Source: Acidimicrobiales bacterium
GTDB taxonomy: Bacteria; Patescibacteriota; Minisyncoccia; Phycocordibacterales; UBA918
DNA length: 64,000 nucleotides
Assembly: GCA_047638595.1 (NCBI GenBank)
Contig: JBLIMJ010000002.1
Location: 640 to 64,639, forward strand
Direction of reading: 5' to 3'
The notes under the pieces were generated by a model. The model had not been told where the DNA came from. It saw nothing but the letters and a program-made list of their open reading frames with translations, and made no database searches. Made by a program: the position numbers and the translations under genes. Position 1 is the stretch's first letter. Every line of letters begins with the position of its first letter. Positions 57,905 through 64,000 of this stretch are shown here, in pieces.

Positions 57905-58330
57905 ATGGAACAAGAAAACCAAAACTCACAAGAACCAGTTGTAACTCCTAATGAGATGAAGATGCCGGAGGAGGCATTTGGAGGTTCATCTATCACTACA
58001 GAAGAGCCGACGACGCATCTTGGTATTATATTGGGAGTGCTCATTGTATTGCTTATCCTTATTCTGAGTGGTCTGTACCTCTGGACGACAACACTCACTT
58101 CAGAAGCCCCCATTGTGAATACTCCTGTAGTTGAACGACCAACTGCGGAAGAAAACAACGAACCAGAGAGCACTAAAGCTGAAGCTGAGGTGGAAACACT
58201 CCAAGCAGTCAGTACTTCAGACGAAATCGATGCAATAGAAGCTGACATTGAAAGCACCAACTTTGATGAGCTTGATGCTGAAATGGAAGCGATTACCGCT
58301 GAGCTTGATGCAGCACTTGAAGAATTTTAA
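57905..58330 (+). CDS. hypothetical single-pass membrane protein with acidic C-terminus
   Basis: ORF plus TM helix. Confidence 0.5.
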   Translation: MEQENQNSQEPVVTPNEMKMPEEAFGGSSITTEEPTTHLGIILGVLIVLLILILSGLYLWTTTLTSEAPIVNTPVVERPTAEENNEPESTKAEAEVETLQAVSTSDEIDAIEADIESTNFDELDAEMEAITAELDAALEEF

Positions 58331-58335
58331 TTGAC

Positions 58336-58387
58336 AACAAGGAACTAAAAAACGGCAGCTATAGCTGCCGTTTTTTAGTTCCTTGTT
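58336..58387 (+). terminator. perfect 24-bp-arm palindrome AACAAGGAACTAAAAAACGGCAGC-TATA-GCTGCCGTTTTTTAGTTCCTTGTT
   Basis: read from sequence. Confidence 0.7.
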
Positions 58388-58524
58388 ACTATACAATGTG
58401 AAACCTCGAATCTTCTCTGCACATTTAGTGGAAAAAAGTATCTCAATATGGTTTAATGCCCGAACTTTGAAGTGAGACGTTTATAAGAACTTTCTCTCCT
58501 CATTATTAATTTTGTATTTATATT

Positions 58525-59772
58525 ATGGATTTTGTTAAAGATTTTACAGTCACCAAAGAAGAGAATTCCCAAGTTAAAATTGAAGGAGAAATTCCTTTTG
58601 ACGTACTTGAAAAGCACCGAGCGAAGGCTATTAAAAACTACGGGAAGGACATGGAGATCGATGGTTTTAGAAAGGGTCACGTACCTGAAGCTGAAGTGGT
58701 AAAAAGAGTAGGAGAAATGGGTATTCTTACAGAAATGGCTGAACGAGCAATCGCCGAAGCATATCCTGAGGCATGTAAGCATCACGAAATAGATGCTATT
58801 GGGTACCCACAATTACAAATCACAAAAATTGCAGAAGGTAACCCACTTGGGTTCACTGCAACGGTTGCAGTTATGCCTGAAATTACTCTTCCGGACTATA
58901 AAGAAATTGCTGCAGAGGTAAATAAAGAAAAAGCTTCTATTGAAGTAACTGACGAAGAAATTGAAACACAAGTAAAAGACATCCTCCGGCAAAAAACTGC
59001 ATACGAGCGAATGCAGTCAGCCGCAGCAAAGAAAGATGAGTCTGAAACAACAACTGAAGATATGGGAGACACAACTGAGCTCCCTACCCCAGAGACTGTC
59101 GAGGCAGATACACATACCCATGATGATGGTACTGTTCATGAAGGTGCTGAACATGATGAAACACAGACACACACGCATGAAGACGGTACTGTGCACGAAG
59201 GTCCAGCACACGACGATGAAGAATTAAAAGCGGTGACTGATGATGAACTTCCAGAGCTTACCGATGAGTATGTAAAAACTCTTGGAGAGCCAGGACAGTT
59301 TGAAACAGTCAAAGGTTTCAAAGATAAAATAAAGGAGCATCTTGCTATTGAAAAAGAGAAAGAGGTGCACGCGGCACATCGTGCAAAAATCACTGATAAA
59401 ATTGTCGATGAAACAGTCATGAACCTTCCGCGTATACTCATTGACTCAGAGATTGAACAAATGTTTGCTCAAATGAATGAAGACCTCAAACGAGCAAATC
59501 TTGAAATGGACGACTACCTTGGACATATCAAGAAAACCAAAGAGGACCTCATCACCGAATGGGAGCCTGCTGCAGAAAAACGAGCAAAGCTTCAATTGGT
59601 ACTAAATGAAGTTGCTAAGAAAGAAGAAACAAAGCCTGACCAAGCACAAGTTGACACACAAGTTGACCAACTTCTCGAACAGTATAAAGACGCAGACGAA
59701 ACACGCGTGCGTGTATATGTTGCGTCTGTCATGACTAACGAAGCAGTCATGAAGATGCTTGAGGAAGCGTAA
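58525..59772 (+). CDS. tig: trigger factor with inserted His/Thr/Asp-rich tandem repeat
   Basis: N-terminal ribosome-binding GFRKGHVP motif; repeat THTHDDGTVHEG(A/P)xHD(E/D) x2 at about 59095-59215. Confidence 0.85.
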   Translation: MDFVKDFTVTKEENSQVKIEGEIPFDVLEKHRAKAIKNYGKDMEIDGFRKGHVPEAEVVKRVGEMGILTEMAERAIAEAYPEACKHHEIDAIGYPQLQITKIAEGNPLGFTATVAVMPEITLPDYKEIAAEVNKEKASIEVTDEEIETQVKDILRQKTAYERMQSAAAKKDESETTTEDMGDTTELPTPETVEADTHTHDDGTVHEGAEHDETQTHTHEDGTVHEGPAHDDEELKAVTDDELPELTDEYVKTLGEPGQFETVKGFKDKIKEHLAIEKEKEVHAAHRAKITDKIVDETVMNLPRILIDSEIEQMFAQMNEDLKRANLEMDDYLGHIKKTKEDLITEWEPAAEKRAKLQLVLNEVAKKEETKPDQAQVDTQVDQLLEQYKDADETRVRVYVASVMTNEAVMKMLEEA

Positions 59773-59795
59773 GCCTTCTCGCAGAGAGACAATCA

Positions 59796-59865
59796 AAACC
59801 CACTATCACATATGTTAGTGGGTTTTGTTTATGTATCAAAAAAGCCCGGCGTGCAGCCGGGCTTT
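59796..59865 (+). terminator. two consecutive hairpins after tig (AAAACCCACTA..TAGTGGGTTTT; AGCCCGGC-GTGCA-GCCGGGCT)
   Basis: read from sequence. Confidence 0.65.
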
Positions 59866-60183
59866 CCGTATTATTATGTGGCTTGAAGAGCACTATTAAC
59901 TGCAAATGAAAGAGATAAAACAAGACCGACAATAGACCTCCTCAACCGTCCATCATCCTTTACCAACATCCACAAGCGTTTCGTGATAGTTGCATGTAAA
60001 TACTGAAGTGGCGGATGTTGCATTACTTTTTCATGATGAGTAACCACTCGTAAGTATACAAGCACTGCCGCAAACACGCTTAGGATTGTAAAATTCCACA
60101 TTTGCCTATCCTCCAAAATGTATATATCCAAAAGCACTGTACACTTCATGAGTACGTAAGTAAAGATGACTTCCTTTTTTTAA

Positions 60184-60219
60184 TCTATCTTCATATCATT
60201 AATGATATGAAGATAGATA
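60184..60219. promoter_or_regulatory. perfect 16-bp-arm palindrome ATCTATCTTCATATCA-TTAA-TGATATGAAGATAGAT, 70 bp upstream of a small ORF (operator candidate)
   Basis: read from sequence. Confidence 0.45.
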
Positions 60220-60290
60220 CGTTTGTCGGTTGACAGAAAATTAATATATATATCATAAAAATATCCAAAATATTTCTGAAAGGAAAATGA

Positions 60291-60440
60291 TATGTTTAGG
60301 ATTAACCTGCAGAAACCTATCTGCATCGAAGGTGACGGTGGTACTGCAATAATTTCCAGAACCGGTTGCATCACTGACGGAGCGCCGGTGCATAAACCTG
60401 AAGGTGACGGCATCAACAATTTGGTCGACACCACAATTTA
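60291..60440 (+). CDS. small ORF, 49 aa (MFRINLQKPICIEGDGGTAIISRTGCITDGAPVHKPEGDGINNLVDTTI), below ORF-track cutoff
   Basis: AGGAAA RBS 7 nt upstream; own terminator at 60463-60492. Confidence 0.35.
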
Positions 60441-60462
60441 GGATCATCATCCTGATCCGACC

Positions 60463-60492
60463 ACGACGCTTCTTACTTGAAGCGTCGTTTTT
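60463..60492 (+). terminator. ACGACGCTTC-TTACTT-GAAGCGTCGT plus TTTTTC
   Basis: read from sequence. Confidence 0.65.
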
Positions 60493-60570
60493 CATTTCCA
60501 ACCCGCCCACTTTCTGGTACAGTACCACCATACTGATACGAAATATTAATTGAAATTATTGAAACCTTAT

Positions 60571-61170
60571 ATGAATGAACATACACAAGAAACGGGACAG
60601 TTGGTCCCAATGGTGATTGAAAAAACTCCTGGTGGAGAACGGGCGTTTGATATTTACTCACGGCTTTTAAAAGAAAGGATTATCTTTATTACTGGTGGTA
60701 TAGAAGACCATATGGCCAATCTAGTAGTAGCACAACTTCTATTCCTCGAAGCAGAAGATCCTAAGAAAGACATCTTCATATATGTAAACTCTCCTGGAGG
60801 AAGTGTGACTGCTGGACTGTCTATTATAGACACAATGAACCACATTAAGCCTGACATCGCCACTGTGTGTGTAGGGATGGCAGCGTCAATGGGATCACTC
60901 ATTCTTTCACAGGGAACCAAAGGTAAACGGGCAGTACTGCCAAACGCAGAAGTAATGATTCATCAGCCCAGTGGTGGTGCATACGGACAAGCTTCCGATA
61001 TCGATATAACTGCAAAGCACATCCTAAAGACTCGAGACCGTCTGAATAAAATGCTTGCAAAAGCGACAGGAAAACCACTTGCTCAGGTTGAAAAAGACGT
61101 AGACCGAGATTTCTTCATGGATGCACAAGAAGCAAAAAAATATGGCATCATTGATTCAATTTATAAATAA
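60571..61170 (+). CDS. clpP: ATP-dependent Clp protease proteolytic subunit (ATG at MNEHT; ORF track start is TTG)
   Basis: [11 protein letters not shown] Ser, MIHQPSGG His; 199 aa. Confidence 0.92.
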   Translation: MNEHTQETGQLVPMVIEKTPGGERAFDIYSRLLKERIIFITGGIEDHMANLVVAQLLFLEAEDPKKDIFIYVNSPGGSVTAGLSIIDTMNHIKPDIATVCVGMAASMGSLILSQGTKGKRAVLPNAEVMIHQPSGGAYGQASDIDITAKHILKTRDRLNKMLAKATGKPLAQVEKDVDRDFFMDAQEAKKYGIIDSIYK

Positions 61171-61284
61171 ATTAATCAATGATGAGCCGGAGCGTGAAAA
61201 GTGACTCAATGTCACTTTGCAAGACTCATTGAGACCTTAGTCCAATGAGTGGACAGTTCCTGTAAGGAATTAGAAACCTGACGC
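61171..61284. mobile_element. 115-bp insert-like structured segment between the clpP stop and a duplicated copy of the clpP 3-prime end
   Basis: flanked by catcattgattcaatttataaataa (clpP end, 61144-61170) and gctcattgattcaatttataaatag (61285-61309); internal CAATGA/TCATTG inverted repeats and GTGAC-TCAAT-GTCAC hairpin. Confidence 0.45.
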
Positions 61285-61311
61285 TCATTGATTCAATTTA
61301 TAAATAGAGTT

Positions 61312-61338
61312 AAAAGCGCACCCGTAGGGTGCGCTTTT
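61312..61338 (+). terminator. AAAAGCGCACCC-GTA-GGGTGCGCTTTT
   Basis: read from sequence. Confidence 0.7.
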
Positions 61339-61430
61339 ATCGACAATACCTACTAATTCTGCTATGTTTTGTAGTATCGGTAAACTACAGAGATGTCAGA
61401 AACGACTGATTATTAATTTATACATACCCT

Positions 61431-62960
61431 ATGCCCCCAGTAATACTACTGTCTGCAGTTGCTGCAGCACTCGCATTCGGCATAGCTTCTGGATACTATC
61501 TTCGACACCTGCACGCATTGTCAAAGAAATCTTCATTTGAACTCAATCTAAAAGAGAGAGAGCTTAATGCTGAAGAGAAAGCACTCAAAGTTCTTGAAAG
61601 AGCTGAGGAGAAAGCTGGAAAGATAGAAGCTGAAGCTAAAGCCGAAATTAAAGAAAAGGAAGAAGCAATCAAACATAAAGAAACCCGCCTTGAAAAAAAA
61701 GAGGAGCTTCTTGATGATAGACAAATAACTCTCGACTCTGAAAAAGAAGCAGTCCGTGCAAAAATTGATGAAGTAAAGGAAATCAAAGGACGTCTCGACG
61801 ACCGTAAAGGCGAGCTCGACACAAAGCTTGAAGAAGTTGCAAGTCTTACCCAAGAAGATGCATTTGAACAAGTGGTAACGCGAATGGAGAAAGAACGTGC
61901 TGAAGACCTCAGCGGACGAATAGTAAAACTTGAACGTGCCGGTGACGAGGCGTACGAAACTCAAGCACAAAACCTACTTCTGGCAGCTATTCATCGCATG
62001 GGTAACAACATGCATACCAGTGTAATGACTTCTAACGTGGAAATCCCAAGTGATGACATGAAGGGTAAGGTCATTGGAAGAGAAGGTCGGAATGTCCGCA
62101 CCTTTGAACGCCTCACTGGAGTTGATGTTCTTATCGATGATACTCCTGGCTACATTACACTCTCTTCATTCGATCCTATTCGAAGAGAAATTGCCCGAGT
62201 AGCACTTGAGGCACTTATGAAAGATGGTCGCATTCAACCTGCAAAAATTGAAGAAATAGTAGACGTATCACGAAAGGAGGTAGCTACAATGGTCCGAAAA
62301 ATGGGTGACAAAGCTGCATTTGAAGCAGGTGTGCCAAATCTTCATCCTGATCTGCTTACTATTCTCGGTCGTCTCCACTTCCGTACCAGTTACGGGCAAA
62401 ATGTACTCTGGCACTCCGTAGAAATGGCACAGATGGCCGGTGTCATTGCTGAAGAAATCGGAGCAGATGTTGCAGTTGCCCAAGCAGGTGCACTCTTACA
62501 CGATATCGGTAAGACCGTCAGTCATGAAGTGCAAGGAACACATGTCGAGATTGGTATTCGTATACTCCAGAAGTATGAAGTGGACGAGAAAGTAATTCTC
62601 GCAATGCGCGCGCACCATGAAGAATATCCATACGAAACACCTGAATCTATTATCGTACAAGTGGTTGATTCTCTTTCAGGAGCACGCCCTGGTGCACGTC
62701 GTGATTCTATTGAGAACTACATTAAGCGCTTAACCGAACTCGAAGCAATTGCTACTGAACTCGAAGGAGTAGATAAAGCATTTGCCATCTCTGCAGGGCG
62801 AGAGATACGCGTTATTGTAAACCCTGAAAAACTTTCTGACCTTGAGAGTAATACGCTTGCTCGCACTATCGCTACAACTATTGAAGCACAACTTCGATAC
62901 CCTGGTGAGATTAAGGTGCATGTTATACGTGAGACTCGCGTCATCTCCTACGCTCGTTAG
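61431..62960 (+). CDS. rny: ribonuclease Y (N-terminal TM, coiled-coil, KH, HD domains)
   Basis: GKVIGREGRNVRTFERLTGVDVLIDDTPG KH; LLHDIGK HD. Confidence 0.88.
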   Translation: MPPVILLSAVAAALAFGIASGYYLRHLHALSKKSSFELNLKERELNAEEKALKVLERAEEKAGKIEAEAKAEIKEKEEAIKHKETRLEKKEELLDDRQITLDSEKEAVRAKIDEVKEIKGRLDDRKGELDTKLEEVASLTQEDAFEQVVTRMEKERAEDLSGRIVKLERAGDEAYETQAQNLLLAAIHRMGNNMHTSVMTSNVEIPSDDMKGKVIGREGRNVRTFERLTGVDVLIDDTPGYITLSSFDPIRREIARVALEALMKDGRIQPAKIEEIVDVSRKEVATMVRKMGDKAAFEAGVPNLHPDLLTILGRLHFRTSYGQNVLWHSVEMAQMAGVIAEEIGADVAVAQAGALLHDIGKTVSHEVQGTHVEIGIRILQKYEVDEKVILAMRAHHEEYPYETPESIIVQVVDSLSGARPGARRDSIENYIKRLTELEAIATELEGVDKAFAISAGREIRVIVNPEKLSDLESNTLARTIATTIEAQLRYPGEIKVHVIRETRVISYAR

Positions 62961-63097
62961 TATTATTTTAATACCTAGCTTTGTTGAGCTTCAAAAAATA
63001 TTATTCACCGTATGTTCATACGACTCATGATATTTTTATCACTCGCCTCGCTATGTATTAAAAATAATACTAACGACATACAGATACGTAATAAAAC

Positions 63098-63132
63098 AAA
63101 ACACCGCGGACCATTTGAGTCCGCGGTGTTTT
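63098..63132. terminator. AAAACACCGCGGAC-CATTTGA-GTCCGCGGTGTTTT bidirectional terminator between rny and the PDT gene
   Basis: read from sequence. Confidence 0.7.
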
Positions 63133-63139
63133 ATGTTCC

Positions 63140-63706
63140 TTACTCCTCAAGCTTCACTGCAACCACAAACGCCGTATAGTTAAACTTTAAATCTTGAATT
63201 GATTCTTCCAATATCTCTAAGTCATAGAGTTCGGCACAACGTCGTGGAGCGATAACTGCAGTCGTGTCAGCCAATGTACCGTTACCTAAATCTTCTGCCG
63301 CTTTAGCAGTATCAGCATACTGAGAAATCTCCGCGTCAGGCCATACGCGTTGCAAATACATACGACACTGTTTGATTGCTTGATCATGTGAAGTAACGGC
63401 AGTAATGTGTGAAGAAGTCATGCCTGGCTTCACTAAAAGCATGTGGTGTACATCAATCTCAAACATCCGTTCTACGGAAAAGCGATGTTTCGCCATGGCA
63501 TGTACTGCTTCTATTACGATGCCACCATTACTATTTTCAATCGGGAAAATTCCTCGATCAATTTCACCTGCTTCAAGTGCTGTCAGTACTGTTTCAGCAC
63601 TAATAAGTGGGAGTATTACTGCGTTTTTTATAAAATGCTGTGCGACATAATCTTCACCTGCTTTTTCAGAGAAACTCCCTTTGGCTCCCATAATTCCAAT
63701 TTTCAT
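63140..63706 (-). CDS. prephenate dehydratase domain protein (no ACT domain; start at MKIGIMGAKGSF)
   Basis: PDT-domain N-terminus KIGIMGAKGSFSE, TAVIAP.. Confidence 0.65.
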   Translation of the reverse strand: MKIGIMGAKGSFSEKAGEDYVAQHFIKNAVILPLISAETVLTALEAGEIDRGIFPIENSNGGIVIEAVHAMAKHRFSVERMFEIDVHHMLLVKPGMTSSHITAVTSHDQAIKQCRMYLQRVWPDAEISQYADTAKAAEDLGNGTLADTTAVIAPRRCAELYDLEILEESIQDLKFNYTAFVVAVKLEE

Positions 63707-63887
63707 CACGACAGAATACCACAGTGTAAAAATGTGGAAAACATTACAACACACAAAATGCTCATTACTAGACGTTGCAGGGAAATAACCTTGCTATATA
63801 ATGTTTTACAAGCCATTAGGGCACCGTGTCAGGGTTATAAGCCGACACACAAATGTTTTACTCGCCATTAGTTAATATTCAGACAAT

Positions 63888-64000
63888 ATGAATAAGGCAG
63901 ACATCATTAATAGAGTACACGAAGAGCTTGGTATCACTAAAGCTGATGCAGAACGAGCAATCGAGACAGTAATGTCTAGCATCGTGGAAACATTAGCAGC
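63888..64000 (+). CDS. HU/IHF-family DNA-binding protein, 3-prime truncated by window edge
   Basis: MNKADIINRVHEELGITKADAERAIETVMSSIVETLA. Confidence 0.7.
   Translation, partial: MNKADIINRVHEELGITKADAERAIETVMSSIVETLA

Noticed and set aside
59874-60149. 91-aa minus-strand ORF
   Set aside because: Overlaps tig terminator hairpins at its 3-prime end, no RBS; could be a small membrane protein but evidence insufficient.

Overview
This 64-kb window is from a small-genome bacterium using the standard genetic code. No in-frame UGA appears in the conserved genes, and GC is roughly 40-45% by eye. Ribosomal protein L30 is absent between rpsE and rplO, and several r-proteins carry low-complexity extensions. 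That gene content suggests a Patescibacteria/CPR-like lineage, possibly Saccharibacteria-like, but this is inference only.

Main content, all on the minus strand unless noted:
- (d)CMP-kinase C-terminal fragment, then secY-rplO-rpsE-rplR-rplF-rpsH-rpsZ.
- A 670-bp hairpin-rich noncoding gap.
- rplE-rplX-rplN-rpsQ-rpmC-rplP-rpsC-rplV-rpsS.
- A 2-kb insertion with three plus-strand small genes.
- rplB-rplW-rplD-rplC.
- A 1.2-kb insertion with one plus-strand gene.
- rpsJ, tuf, a hypothetical gene, and fusA.
- A 13-kb accessory island of secreted/membrane proteins. It includes an FAD-disulfide-oxidoreductase::DedA fusion, a ClpP-like paralog cassette, an AbrB-like gene, a Kazal-like inhibitor, an ABC-F ATPase and a TSP3-repeat protein.
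- rpsG-rpsL, an M50 protease, rpmB (+), a split ComEC with an SOD-like gene between the halves, rnhA, recJ, HIT (+), ybaK plus a truncated copy, pgk and tpiA.
- A type IV pilus cluster: pilB, pilC, three pilin/PilX-like genes.
- A SleB-like cell-wall hydrolase.
- On the plus strand: nusA, ppaC, two hypotheticals, tig, a 49-aa small ORF, clpP, rny, a PDT-domain gene (-) and a partial HU gene.

The most interesting non-coding signals are three. First, a recurrent family of hairpin-in-hairpin terminator modules downstream of r-protein genes, several tandemly duplicated. Second, repeated duplication of gene 3-prime ends together with their terminators (rplB, fusA, rpsG, clpP, AbrB-like, ybaK). The rplB case shows compensatory base-pair covariation between copies. 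Third, fragmentation of the normally contiguous S10-spc-str ribosomal superoperon by insertions carrying opposite-strand genes.
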